Of a stretch of DNA of 64,000 nucleotides, positions 1 through 12,612 are shown piece after piece; the stretch's first letter is position 1, and the number at the start of each line of letters is the position of its first letter. Under the pieces are notes generated by a model that had not been told where the DNA came from, made no database searches, and saw nothing but the letters and a program-made list of their open reading frames with translations. Source of the stretch: Phoronis australis (lineage: Eukaryota; Animalia; Phoronida); NCBI GenBank assembly GCA_002633005.1, contig NMRA01000576.1, forward strand, positions 118,339 to 182,338. The letters are read 5' to 3'. Both the position numbers and the translations under genes were made by a program.

Positions 1-277
1 AGATAATTTATTGCCCTTAGTTCACAGTTTGTAAACCCAATACTAAAGCAATAAGTTCGAGTTTGAACTCGAAATTTCGAGTTTTTACTCGAGTTTGTAG
101 CACGAATATAAGGGTCTTCAAGGGCAAACTTGAACTAGAAACTCCTATGCATAAACTATAATGTATTCGAGCACAGTCTGATAACCAATTATCTTAAGTT
201 TGCACAAATGGAGCAGAGAAATTGCCAAAAATAGTTTCGAGGTCGTTTCGAGTACAAAGATTAGAGACCAGGCCCTG
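1..277. mobile_element. Probable terminal part of a non-autonomous DNA transposon (MITE), cut by window start
   Basis: Clustered TTCGA/CTCGAG/AACTCGA short repeats ending in TAGAGACCAGGCCCTG, a typical MITE-type terminus; partner end not in window. Confidence 0.35.
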
Positions 278-702
278 ATCTCAACAAGCAAAATTCATTC
301 TAGGTGTCAATTTTTTCCAATGCAATGTTACGACATTTACTGAATTAAGGCTTAATCATGTTAATTCGATAACTGAGCTGGTGGTCCTGGGGGTGGGGTC
401 CACGATAAAATAAAGAAACTCACTCATGTAGAGAATTTTATTGGAAACAGCATTGTTTTGAAGAGAAACTGCTGTGAAAAAGTCACTCTTGACTTCTGAG
501 CATCACGTACCATACACCTCTTATTTTGGGAGCACTCCCACCCAGGACAATATGAATATGTGCTGCTACGCTACCCGGCATCGGGTGAGTTTCCTAAAAG
601 AAACACTTAGATCCACTCAATAAACCTGTTATTCAGTGGGGGTAACTGGTGGGGATAACATCACCGAACGATGTTGATAGAAACTGATTGCTAAAAACTT
701 AC

Positions 703-857
703 CAAGTAATGTTGTGTAGTCTCCGAATGGAAATGCATAGTCATAGAGCACACACGGGGCTTCAGCATCCACACACTTTTTGTCAGTTAGTTGACCCTGT
801 TGACCGTAATTGTCCACAAATATAGTAACCTTAGGTCTTTTGGAAATCTGTGGCCAC
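703..857 (-). CDS. Candidate internal coding exon of unidentified gene (WPQISKRPKVTIFVDNYGQQGQLTDKKCVDAEAPCVLYDYAFPFGDYTTLL)
   Basis: Minus-strand acceptor cttcggcag and consensus donor GTAAGT bracket a 155-nt stop-free exon (phase 2 to 1); no family recognised. Confidence 0.4.
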
Positions 858-1659
858 CTGCCGAAGACTTGCACCAAGGAAATTAGCACTAATAAGGCTT
901 AGCGCGACGACGTGTTTTGATAAAAATTCCATCTTTTACCAGTTGTTTACATGCAGACAGCCACGCATGCGCAATTAAATCACCACTAGTACAGCAGCGA
1001 CACCGCGAGGAGAATTCTCCGAATAGCCCCATTGTCACTTTATTCCTTTTTTTTGTTTCACATTTGCATGTTGTCAAAGAATGCAGCTGCACAATGTTTA
1101 TCGTTGATGATGGAAATGCATACGTCTTCCGCTGGTAAAATTTCAGAGCGGAAAACCAAAAATAATAATTATTTTTCTTTAAAATAGTGATTATAACAGC
1201 ATCTTTGTGATGCATGATGTGTTTCACCCCGTAAATCTGATGGTTGCAATATGTTATTAAGTGTAAAACCCTCAACTACTCCAGTAACAGCAACTGGTAG
1301 TACGAAAGTCAGGTCTGTCATCATTAGACAAGTGAAAGGTTCAATAAAAGTTAGAAATGTGTTGGTTTGCATGCTCAAAACTTCATGATTCAATGGTCTA
1401 CAGGAAATATTTGTAACCAACCCTTGGAAATTTCAAAACTATTATATGCCACCTCTGTTGCGCTCCGTGATAATGTTGAGCTAGCTCAAGGCAATCATTC
1501 TGTGAAACACCATCTTTAAGTTATCTACTTTACTATAGAAATTATCAAAACGTGGTTCTGCACCGGACTAGCCACTGACTCCACTGAAAGCCAACACTAG
1601 TAGTCATTCTGAACATCAACAATCTGCTAATACAGAAAAAAAATCAATAATAAAATATG

Positions 1660-1800
1660 TTTATCGTAATTTTGCCCGGGCTACGCCACGAGCTATGTTG
1701 CAGACTAAAACAAGAGGAGGATTGCGAATATTGTCATTTATTATGACGTCAATAGATAAAACTAACTAAGACTCTGCAAGATGGGCATGGACAAAACGCC
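1660..1800 (-). repeat. Split direct repeat B2 (3' terminus of Ngaro element)
   Basis: Near-identical to 2221-2365 (TTTATCGTAAT...CATGGACAAAACGCC). Confidence 0.9.
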
Positions 1801-2220
1801 CACCGGCGTGTACAATGAATAGCCCTGAAAGAGGGAAAAAACAAATGAACTGCCTGAAGGGCTTAAAGGAAAAGTACAGAACATGAACACAAATCTTGAA
1901 AAAACCTAACAGGAAATGTATACGAGCAAAGAGAAAGTGAAACCGAAACCCGGGATGGGGGTGGGGAAAAATGAAGAGAATGAACGTAGGTCTTGTAGAC
2001 GACGAGGTAGGTGGCTGAAAGAGAGACCACGTTGAACAGAACAAAGGAAATATGGGCGACAAATCAGGAGTCGCGTAGAGAAACGTATGAATACAAAAGT
2101 AGGCCCTTGAGGCTACAAATAGAGATGAATAATGGAAAATAAACCCTAAGGACTGGTATCAAAATAACGAGACAAGTGTCAAAATAATGACGATAAATGC
2201 ATTGAACAAGTTAAATTTCA

Positions 2221-2365
2221 TTTATCGTAATCTATTTTGCCCGGGGTACGCCACGAGCTATGTTGCAGACTAAAACAAGAGGAGGATGGCGAATATTGTC
2301 AGTTATTATGACGTCAATAGATAAAACTAACTAAGACTCTGCAAGATGGGCATGGACAAAACGCC
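2221..2365 (-). repeat. Split direct repeat B1 of Ngaro element; 1801-2220 is the presumed A2 segment
   Basis: Direct repeat of 1660-1800 with a few substitutions and a 4-nt indel. Confidence 0.9.
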
Positions 2366-2559
2366 ATAATGGCAGCACGGGAATGCTGACATCGCCCATC
2401 CGAGGAAGCAGAACCCAGGCAATAACAAGTTTAGACTATGATCAAATACAGGTACTAAACGAGATAACCGCAAATTAGAATACATAAGTCTAGAATATAA
2501 AAAACAAGAACGTAACGAAATGGAAGTAAAGTTAACTAGAACTAATGACTAGAAATTGA

Positions 2560-2700
2560 AGCCTGCAACTACAGGCCTTGGGCCACTGGCTGCAACAACA
2601 GACCTGCGAACGGGAGGAGGCCGGCTGCCACAACAGGCCTGACCTAGTGGGCTGAAACCACAGACCCAGAGGAAAGATGTGGAGAGCTGCAACAACAGGC
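2560..2700. repeat. Four dispersed copies of a ~16-bp motif GCTGCAACAACAGGCC in the Ngaro 3' non-coding region
   Basis: gcctgcaactacaggcc, gctgcaacaacagacc, gctgccacaacaggcc, gctgcaacaacaggc. Confidence 0.7.
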
Positions 2701-2711
2701 TCACCAGGAGT

Positions 2712-3255
2712 TCAAGAAGCCTGGGGAAGAGGAAAAGCAAACATGCGAATGTAGTTTTTTAGTGCGTCAAATTTCCAGCGCCCCATGCGCTGAATCACCG
2801 GTTCAGGGACGCCACGGCTGGACGCAGACGTGGCGGCGCCAATGCGAAAGCTATGAGACGTGTAAGCCTTGGTGGCGAGTCCTACAAAGGAAACCACTTT
2901 AGTTAACATGGAGTTGAAGCAGGAACGGGTAACCGGTGAAGCAAAGCAGAAGTAATGGGCATGCGTGTGTCAGAAGAAGTTCGCAGATTGGAAGTGATAA
3001 AAAAGGAGGAAGTGGGGTCAGGGAGGTTGTCAAACTTGTAGACAAAACTAATGGCAGAGACATACGACTGGATAGACGAGCTACTAAGCCCAGATCCGAA
3101 GAGATGAGAGACGTAGCGGGGCCAGGAATGAGGTATTAATGGTCAAGGCGAGCGGAGAGTTGTTAGAGGAGAGGTGAAACTGTGCGAGGTTACGCAGGAT
3201 GCAGGTGTAGGACTAAAGAGTGGAGGGGGCCAGGGAAGCCCGGAGCAGTCTGGTC
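2712..3255 (-). pseudogene. Tyrosine recombinase ORF of Ngaro element with internal deletion
   Basis: N-terminal part (LRASLAPST...YVSAISF...DTRMPIT) joined directly to C-terminal YTSHSFRIGAATSAS...IQRMGRWKFDALKNYIR; only ~540 nt, central catalytic segment missing. Confidence 0.88.
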
Positions 3256-4838
3256 ACTCTGTCAGGAGGTGCTGTGGGAGCGGTGTCGGATGAGGGCTAA
3301 GCCAATAACCCTGGGAAAAGGCAACCTGAAAGTTGAAACGAGAAAGTGCATCAGCGATGATGTTAGTGTAGCCAGGGATATGTTTTGCCCGAAAATGAAC
3401 ATTAAAGGTAAGACCGGAGATGACCAGACGACGAACAAGAGACATAATGGGGGCGTGGCTGGAGGAGGTCTTGTTGATAATGTCAACGACGGCACGGTTG
3501 TCGCACAGGAAGAGGATCCTGTGGTTGGCGAGCTTTGAACCCCACAGCTCTAGCGCTATGACAATCGGAAGGAGTTCCTTGAAGGTGATGTGATGGCGTT
3601 GCAGGTGCTTGGGCCACGGGCAGGCAAACCAGGAAGCTCCCAATGTCGTAGCAAAACCCCCGTTGGAGCCCGCAGCATCAGAGTACAGTTTGATGGTGCC
3701 TGAAGATGTCCACTTGTCGAATAGGAACAGTGTTTTCCCATTGAAGCCTCGCAGAAAGATGGACCAAGCCCGATGGTCCCCTCTAGCTTCTTTATTGAGA
3801 GTGACAAAGTTGTCTGGTCTCGAAATGCCGATGCTGGGGTTGATGAGTCGGCGCAGGAAGGCGCGGCCGTGCACAATGACGGAGCAGGCGAAGTTTAGTA
3901 GGCCAATGAGGGATTGGAGGTCGCGAAGAGTAACCTTGCGGCGATTTTGGAAGTCGAGCAGCAGGTTGGAGGCTCTGTCCACCTTGTCCTGTGGGAGAGA
4001 AGCAGTCATGGTGGCAGAGTCAAGATGGATGCCAAAGTGGTGATGGAGGTGGTCGGCTGAATTGTCTTGTCGTGGTTGATATGGATGCCTAGAGAGTCGC
4101 AGAGTGATGTGAATGAGATGAGGTCCCGGGAGCATGTTGGCGAGGATGGGGGGCTCACGAAAAAGAAGTCATCGAGGTAGTGAGAAACGCCGGCGACCTT
4201 CAATTTGGTTTCCAGGATCCATTGAATCGCAGAACTGACCTTTTCGAAGATGTTGCAGCTGGAGGCACAGCCAAATGGCAGGCACCTGTCGTAGTAGAAG
4301 TTGTTGGCCCAGGAGAGACCTAAGAGGTGGTAGTCGTCAGGGTGCACCGGTACGATGCGAGAAGCGTCCTTGATGTCAGTCTTAGCCATGAGGGAGTGGC
4401 GCCCAAACCGTTGAACCAGGCGGATAGCGTCCGTGATGGATTGGTACTGGACTTGGGAGAATTCAGGGGGTATGAGGGAGTTAACTGAGTTAGAGTGACG
4501 AGATGGGTCTGACAAGTTATGATTGAGACGAAAACTGTTAGGGTGAGATTTAGGGATGAGGGCAAGGGGTGATGAAGAGAAAAGGGGGAAAGGGGGGATG
4601 GAAAAGGACCAGCATATCGACCCAGTAGAACCTCAGTCTGGCTTTTCTGAAAGGTAACTTCGGGATTACGTAGAGCTGATGGGTGGTTGGTGGGGGGATT
4701 AGAGTGACACATCGAGGAGGCGCTGAGTCTAAAACCGAAATAGAATCCATTGATAAGCACCGTAGTCGAGAGGGAGTCATAACCTGAAACGAGAGGTTTA
4801 AGTTTGCTTACTTTTACGGGTGTTGGGATACCTAGCAT
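3254..4838 (-). pseudogene. Reverse transcriptase/RNase H (pol) of Ngaro element, frameshifted
   Basis: Split across ORFs 4320-4997, 4006-4515 and 3254-4135: MAKTDIKDA..IVPVHP, YYDRCLPFGCASS, HYLDDFF; RNase H YSDAAG, KELLPI, CDNRAVV, HIPGYTNIIADALSR. Confidence 0.93.
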
Positions 4839-5071
4839 GTGGGGTGGTGGTTTTGGCGGTGCATGACCGCGCTGGGTGGTTGGCGCCACAAAAGCCACAA
4901 CAATGCTGGTATCGGCAGAGGGGAAGGTTGCAGGACTGGTCGTTGAACTTCCAGCAGATACCTGTGGGGAAAGAATTGGGGTTAGGGGTTGGGGCACGGG
5001 GACCTCGAAAAATGTGGAAGTGGGTGAGTCCTGATGAAAGGACTGACTGTTGGTTGTTTGGCGTTGGATCT
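4798..5071 (-). pseudogene. C-terminal fragment of Ngaro gag-like ORF1
   Basis: GICWKFNDQSCNLPLCRYQHCCGFCGANHPARSC, the Cys/His finger typical of Ngaro ORF1; overlaps pol start. Confidence 0.85.
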
Positions 5072-6139
5072 TGTAAAAAAATCAATAGTAAAGTACGTAA
5101 ACTGTATATACCACACTTTCTTGCCAATGAAATTCAAAATTGGTAATTATTTTTTCAAACTAAGTGCTTGTTTGGAATATAAGCTGCAGTTTTTTTTAAC
5201 CTTTTAATTCCACCAAAAATTTCAATTTCCGTTAAAGAGCTGTTTAGTCGCTCATTGTTGGTCAAAAGGAAAAGAAAAATTGCGAGACCAATTTTATCAC
5301 TGTAAAAACTTAGATCGATCTTCCTTTCGCCAGGTAATCCGCAGATCGAAATTTAGCTTAAATCGGCCGAAAAGAAGCATGAACTTATATGGACACTTAC
5401 CCATGCTTGTTGGCCCGAACATAATTGCTGTTAGCAAACAAAGTCCTAAAATACAAAAGAAACACCGTTAGTAGATTGGATTTCCCTCCTTAGTAGTACA
5501 CGTACATGATTGTCACAATCTCATTGGAAAGAATGATGATTATTCATAGTCATACCTTTAAGTTTAATGTGCATCTTCGAAAGATTGTGATCTTTTATAT
5601 ATTACAACATCTTTTTGACAGAATAATTTTAAAAATAGCTGAATGGTCTCAATATTTAAGAGTAGTGTAAAAAATTGCATACATGTCTTTCTTGGTTTGG
5701 CAAAAGTTCATTTCAATGATAATATGCCTTCCAAACCAGTCAATCCTAAACGAATAAGAAGATTAAAACCGACAAACGACAACTATAAATAAATAAGTTG
5801 CATCTAATACAACCCAAACACAATTGATTTTTTTTGCACACAAAATTTGCAAAAATATACCATACAGTGAGTGCCCTCTAGTACTTTTTTGTTAAATTCC
5901 ATCTTGTTAAATTTGGACAGTCAAACACATTCGGAATGTGCATTTCACAGATTTTTTGATGGCGTACGTGAGGTTGTGAATGTAATTCTTAAATGGAAAT
6001 TCCAAGTATTCCAATTTTGGTTTTTATTTTATCATTCATCTCTTCATGAATTACTTTTGGAAAAGATAAGAGGAAATAACAGTTCATCATTTAAAATGAA
6101 TTGACATTAAATTGAGATACAGTGCACGCACTGATTAAG

Positions 6140-6330
6140 TAGATATCGTTCAGGCTGTCTCCGGCTTGCCTAAGCGAAACCGTAGCCGGAGACAGACTGG
6201 AGATTGAGGCTTGAATCGATCGTGACATCTGGCGTGAGCAATAACACGAGTAAACGATGCGCGAGCGATCTTTGAGTGAATCGTGTGCCAGGTGGGAGTT
6301 TCCCTGCCATTTCTACAGGCGGAACAATCT
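6140..6330 (-). mobile_element. Helitron-like non-autonomous element end with subterminal hairpin, copy 1
   Basis: 12-bp perfect stem CTGTCTCCGGCT/AGCCGGAGACAG (6155-6195) about 15 nt from a CTA-containing terminus; inverted homology to 18270-18484. Confidence 0.55.
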
Positions 6331-7092
6331 TAATTGCTATCCTAACTAGTCTATCGTGACAATGTACTGTATGCAATTTCTAGTCCATGACCTTTGTCGT
6401 ATTGACTAGGGCTCAAATATTTTGCGCTGTCTTGGCGCATTGTTTTCATGAGGCCTTATTACGATTAATCATTTGCCATTGAATAAAAGAGGAATCAAAT
6501 GCCTTAAAACAAAGAACGTGCTTGCGATATAACAAAACCCAAATTTCTAGCTGCTCTATAGCAATTGTCAGAAGCATTGATACATCAAGGTTGTTGTTCA
6601 ATGATTTTGAATTTTGAACTGGTTAAAGTGTGATGAATAGGAAATAGTCCAACGGAAATGGTAAGTCCTGCAATGCGCAGGAGAAGGAGTGAGCCAACCA
6701 AAAATCACAAGGAATGCATTTCCTTCTCCTTCTTTGGGTCAGTGTATTATAATCACTTGATCGGCAGCTCACCAATGAGATGGCCAAAATTGATATCGTA
6801 ATTGGACGTGTGAGTGTGTTTTGTTTAAGCCATACGTTAACTTTAAAGTATTTTTGTAGGTGTCAATTTAAAAGTAACATTGTTGGATTTTGTTACCCGT
6901 TGCGTTAGTAATTGCGAAAAATTTTAGGCGTGTAGGCTTTTGTCTCAGCTACTCACTTGTAGTGAATTGGCAATGTGTTTACAGCCATCGAAGGCAAATA
7001 ACTGCATACAAGTGCGACACAGGACGATAACAGCAACAGACTCCACTCTCTTGGGCCAATTTGATGAATTTGCAGTACATAAGGTGTTTTAT

Positions 7093-8004
7093 AGGCGAAA
7101 GCAACCTATTTTCCTTTCATTTTAGCAAAAATAAGTCTTGATGATTATCCCAGACATATTTTTTCAGTTAATTACAGCTTATTGTACTTTAAACAGTTGC
7201 TTGTCATCTACTCCGGAAGCGACGTTTTTGGAGGCAAGAATTTTTCTCCAATTTATTTTCATAAAGTCTCAATGTGACAACAACCCAGTCAATCATTGTT
7301 GTATCTCGATTGTGATATATTCGATCGTCGTTTACTTTTGTTTAAGAGTCAGCCAACGCGCCTTACAGTTACTGCCTACCGGTAAGTAATCATTATCGTG
7401 TCACGAACAGGGGAACAATTGTTCCACTTTCCTGAGTGCTCCCCGACACACTCCCACTGGATAGTGACCTGAGCACAGAAACTGCTTACATCCCGCCGTG
7501 TTACTCTCTCGCCACACAACTGACCACTTCTAAATAGCTCCAATACTTAATACAACTCCACAATAAACTTATCAAAGTTTGGCTCACCGAACTGTTCATT
7601 GAACGACGGACTGTCCTCTTAACTGGATGTCGAACTTGGCCTGTAGTCACTCCCCCTTTTCAATATCTTAACAGCCGGACGACTTACAGGCTCTGTGCAA
7701 TAATGAGTACACCTTAGTACGCAGCAACAGTGTGGAATGTTGACTGACTCGTGAAAAAAACAAACAACGACCGAACTTATCACAACCGAGGTTGAACAAT
7801 AACAGACTCGACAGCTCTCACAGTCAGACTATATGAAAATGAATTGGCGCGAAATTCTTGCCTCAGGAAACGTCACTTCCAGAGAAGAGAAAGAACAACT
7901 AATTAAATTTCGAGCGAAGCTGTAATTAAGTGGATATATATTTGGGATAATTAAAGAACCTTGCTTTTGCAAAAAAATGACATGGAAAACGGTTGCCTTC
8001 GCCT
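7093..8004. mobile_element. MITE with long (~180 bp) imperfect inverted arms, Kolobok-like AGG termini
   Basis: 7093-7269 is an imperfect reverse complement of 7826-8004 (AGGCGAAAGCAACC.../...GGTTGCCTTCGCCT); TTAA-like target site degenerate. Confidence 0.75.
7399..7822 (+). mobile_element. Possible solo LTR nested inside the MITE
   Basis: Begins TGTCAC, ends CTCACA, TATA-like TTCTAAATAG ~7528, AATAAA ~7562; no matching TSD. Confidence 0.4.
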
Positions 8005-8169
8005 TTACGGTCACAAGGCCGGGCCCATTACACTGGTCGACTGAGGACACGACATCATTGGATTTCACATGATAAAATCTTCCAAATTACCTGTTTGTTT
8101 CAGAAAGACACAATTAGACATGTATGAAGTAATAACTTTAACCAGGCAGGTTATACGTCCATTATGATT

Positions 8170-8310
8170 TTCTGATAACTTAAGTTCATCAAAAAACTTA
8201 TTTTTTATAATCTTAAAAACTGAATTTTTCGCAAACTTTAGTTTTTCCAAATATAAAAACTTAGTTTTTCCTGAAAACCGAAGTTTTTTCATGTGCGGAA
8301 AACTTGATTT
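8170..8310. repeat. Degenerate AAAACTTAAGTTTT subterminal-type repeat array
   Basis: Same motif as arrays at 12740-13090 and 62600-62975; may be the left end of the element ending at ~13100. Confidence 0.5.
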
Positions 8311-10776
8311 GTCTAACGACTCTAAGGATTGTATTAGATAAAAATTTACGTTTTCAAGTTTTTAAAAGTTGAATATTTTGAGTTGTTTAATTTTTTATTC
8401 AAAAATTTCCCATTAAATCCAACAAAAGTTCTTGTTTGCTCACGCAAATCCCACCATCTCATGAAAATGTTGCCCGAATGTTTCCTTAACATTTGTTTAG
8501 ATGCAAACCATAAAACGACACACGTTTAACCTTGTCAGTACAAATTTAGTGCAATTACGTATTCATTATCGCATGTCTTTGGGAATTAAAATGTAGACGA
8601 ACCTCCGGTGACCAACAGCAGTAAGAATGCATCCCGTGTGACACTTACCTGATCACTACAATGTATTCAATAAGAACTTATGCAATTCTTAAAAAAACGC
8701 AAGTTATTGTGGAAGTTTACTTGATGTTGAGTTGTATTCGTAAGGCAGTTTCCACTGGAAGTCAACTATGAGAATTTTGTAACCGACAGTTAAATTTGAA
8801 GAAAAAGTCGTAGTTCTGCTAGCCCGGCAGGAAGACATTTCAGAAGTTTTGGAAGTCAAGTTAGTGCCAGAGAACGTTTTAAAATCGATTGGCCACATTC
8901 GGTGCTTTGATTGATTTCCAACAAACGTGTAAGTTCAGTTGTTATTGTCAGCCACTCACGCTGGCACATACAGACAAGGACTGTAATCTGTGTGTGAATT
9001 ATCTAAACTTCTAACGCGTAATATACTGCTGGAGGTCCATGAGGAAGCCTTACGTTCACATAAAGCTATTACTCTATTGTATTTCTGTCTTCTGACTCTG
9101 TTCTGTGGTTGTGTCACTGAGCATCAATGCAAGGGGGGGGAATAACAAGACAAAGTGTAATCATTTCGTAAGTTGGGTGTATTGGCATTAATTCTGTGTG
9201 CTTATGTCTATGTTCGTAGTAATTCTTGGATGCTCCTGATTTTGAAATATCATATCCTTACAGGACACTAATTTGCAAGGTTCACTTGCCGCACACATCC
9301 TAAAATATGGGGGTGCTCAAAATTTGGGGCATGTTGACCTTTTACTGAAAAACGGGGCATGTTTAGAGCTGTGCACTCTGCATTCCCAAATTACAGGGGA
9401 CTGTTGTCTAGTTTTCTCAGTTTTTTGTTTCTGTGAGGCTGACCTTTGAAAATCCTGGATCCGCCCGACCGCCCCTGATCTCTACATGAATAACATACCC
9501 AGTAAATAGTTTATGTTTGGACTCTAAAGAAGCTATCACATACCGTTATGTTTGCTAAAATCTCACTGTTTTCAGGTTTCTATTAACTTGGCAAAAAGTA
9601 CATATCCAAACATTTGCATCAAAACAATCACCCAGGAATGGTATTGGGCTGTGAACATCCACATGACAGATAGAGCTTCATTTGTTTCATTGTTGCGTTA
9701 AACATTGTTGCTACCAAGGTTTGAATTTGAAGCAATCTAAAATATATTCTTGGTTTAGCCAATGGGCTTATAATCTTTAACGAAATCACTTATTCTTGCA
9801 GCCATTTGGTCAAGTCAATGTAAAGCTTCTTGGCTTTGCTATAAGATTCAAAAAGTACACGCAAAGGAAGCATGTGAGATTAATCTTTCAGTTCTAACCC
9901 TGATTGTGCCGGTTGATGGTCCATGAAGCAATAGTAAGAAGACATTTCAGTTCTATGCTGGAGACAGCCAGTTAGAATACAACAAACTCTGCTCAATATG
10001 TAGAGTTTTGCATCCTCTAATCAGATTAACGAGTTAAATGATGAAAAGTTCATCAAAATAATGGGAAATGTAGTTTATTTCAATTGCCAATAGTTTCATC
10101 ATCTGATAAAAAATATTAATTAATTTGTCATAGAATTTGAAATAAAAAGTTACAGAACACATATCCTGTTTAGCCCGAAGTCCAACTTTTATTAACATAT
10201 AACGTTTTGTCATATGCACGGTTTGTTCTAGATTGATAGCATAGTAGGTGATCATGTGCCTGTTTTGTATTCAAGTTTTGCAGAATAAAGTTGTTTTGAA
10301 TGTCGTGAATCCAGGATTGAAACTTCATTTAAAACAGTAAGTGGAAAAGTAACCCACTGCAGTACTTGCTTGTAGTAAACTTGCAGACTAGTCTTGAACT
10401 TGAATACTGAAGAGTGATTCGTTATGTTTTGAGTTTGAAGACTATTTTCTAGGCTCTGTATATAAGTCAGTAAGTTTTACAATTCAGTGTTGTATAAACA
10501 ACACGATATATATCCAGGAAGCGGGGTTGTCTTATAGTGATAGCTTTTACCTGTCTGTTATTAAAGTTTGTTGTATTTATTGCAGATTGTGACTTCAACA
10601 ATCGTTGGATAAGGAAGATTACCCGGACAACACAACGTACGCAGGTCATAAACGTATGAATTCAGTTATATGAGCTCAGAAACGCGCGTTTGTAGTCACA
10701 AAACATGGATTATTTGCCTGTGAAGCTAAGAGAGCAGATCCAGCTAAATAAGAGTAAGTGGCTTGTGGTCTAGCAT

Positions 10777-11115
10777 AGGGCCCTTTCACATTGAGTTAAC
10801 TCTTGTCTGAGAAGAGCGTCCACGTTTAGCGCGAAATTAAGTGGACCGTTCATTCTGTCTTCGGTAGTTAATGAACTTCGAAGCAAACTAGTATACAAAT
10901 GCTACTGGTAACAGTGGTCTCTGGCAACAACTGCGATAGGACCGATGTTGATTGTTTATCCTGCGCCGCAGCGTTGAGGCTTAGCACTTAAATTCACCTG
11001 TTTAATGTGAAGTTATCTGGCGCTGTTAACTTTCATCCAGGACTAAAATTTAAGCGTTCATACTGTCAGTAACTCTTGGAAACATTGACGCGTCGATGTT
11101 AGTCTGAATTGCCCT
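10777..11115. mobile_element. PIF/Harbinger-like MITE nested in the larger repeat
   Basis: AGGGCCCTTTCACA left end, TCTGAATTGCCCT right end; homologous end AGGCCCTTTCATACTAAC at ~63819. Confidence 0.5.
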
Positions 11116-11849
11116 GTAGATATGTGTTTGAAGTTCAGTACCTTTAAATAAAAGGCAAAAGAATATTTTTGTGGTCAAAGGTCAAGTTTTCATATTTGCA
11201 TTTTGTATAACCAGGTAGTACTTAGTGAAACTTGTTCGTACCATGGAGTGTATTGTGTTATTATGATTGTCAACAAAACGAAACGTTGACTTATAAATTG
11301 AGATTTTTAAGGTTGAAAAATCATAATAGGTGATTGTACGCTCTATTTCTAGCATAAGGATTGTACTTCCCAAAATCAGATATGCGGCCATTCTCGTTAA
11401 ACTTTAAATTACCGGTTACGTTTCATGTTATGCTCTTGGATTTTGCATATTAAGTGATTTGTTATTCTTCATTAATTGCTGTAATTTTAGTTCAAAAAGT
11501 CTGTGCTGTTGAAACGTAGACTGTTGTTGTAGTCCTTCCTTGCTTTGTAATCACATTGTTTTGGTTGTGTTTCATGATTTGGTAGTGATTTTTCTGTTTG
11601 TACACTCCATTTTGATCCTTCAGTTATTGTAAATATTCATAGACTGAGAAGGATGCAAAAACGAATATATTATTAGCCTCATTTAGTTTTCACTGCATCG
11701 TATGCATGACACTTGATGGACTGATTTCTGAAATGTTTCTGGTTTTTAAGATTTTGGTATTTCATTTATGATCACTTCTTTTAATGAACTAGTGTATTTT
11801 AGGAAGTTGATTTTTATTTTCTGCAATTAATCACTGTTTATTAAATGTT

Positions 11850-12612
11850 TGTGACGTTTTTCCCCGTGTGTGGGTGGACGCAGGTTGTTACAGTCCGGCT
11901 CTAATAGCTTTGGTGCGATGATTGACTGAAGACTGGTTTGAGTTAATCCTTTATTAATCCCGACCGTACGTTCACAAGCCTACTGAAACATAAGCGTCCG
12001 ACGTAATGTCTGCTTATGCTCCAGCCAGTGGTGCGAAGCCTTGACTTGTGATGAAGTTCTGAGACACGTTCAGCAACTGTTACATTCGTCGATTCAATAA
12101 GCTGCTGTCTCTATAGCTGGCTTTCTATTGACTCGCTGTAACTTGCTGATTCTCTTAACAGCAACTCAACTGTAATTCTCTTGATAAACTTTCTTGAACT
12201 GACTTGATCTTTCGACTTGTTCTTTTCTTGAATTGATTTGATCTGACTAACACTAACCCATGCTTGTGTATGTACAGCATAATCCATTGTTCTGGAACTT
12301 TACACCAATTCAAGCACAGTCTACAACTTTCCTGAATCTACACAATCATGCTACAAACATATACTAGTCTGTAGAATATTCCAGACTACATCAATCACTG
12401 TCATGCTAGAGAATTCGAGAAAGTTCCTCACTATACTGTAGTAAACAAATGACATCATCATTGTACTAACGTTAGTCTTCTAGAAAGTTCTATACCATTA
12501 TGTAGTAAGCAAATTACATCATCATTGCACTTAACTCAGGGGTAATGTCAATCAAACAGAATAACAAAACAGATTAATACAACTAAAAATATTCTCAGTC
12601 TATATTCTGACA
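11850..12612 (-). mobile_element. Solo LTR (763 bp), probably Gypsy/BEL class
   Basis: TGTGAC...CTGACA termini (minus strand TGTCAG...GTCACA), near-TSD ATGTT/ATGTA, absent from the homologous site (~63080) of the second repeat copy. Confidence 0.85.
12290..12490. promoter_or_regulatory. Heat-shock element cluster in solo-LTR U3
   Basis: Perfect TTCnnGAAnnTTC at 12414-12426 and 12478-12490; imperfect units at 12290 and 12374. Confidence 0.6.

Larger units (their letters stand above)
1660..5071 (-). mobile_element. Ngaro-type DIRS-superfamily tyrosine-recombinase retrotransposon, 5'-truncated and defective
   Basis: GC-rich island with gag Zn-finger, RT (YLDD), RNase H and YR (HSFRIGAAT...GRW) in that order, followed by split direct repeats B1-A2-B2; abrupt switch to AT-rich DNA at ~5071; no A1 copy seen. 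Confidence 0.93.

Noticed and set aside
3182-4043. Plus-strand ORFs of 118 and 144 aa
   Set aside because: Antisense shadows of the GC-rich Ngaro pol
6650-6815. Promoter/first exon (CGGAAATG-GTAAGT, CCAAT boxes)
   Set aside because: Short motifs expected by chance; no linked downstream exons identified
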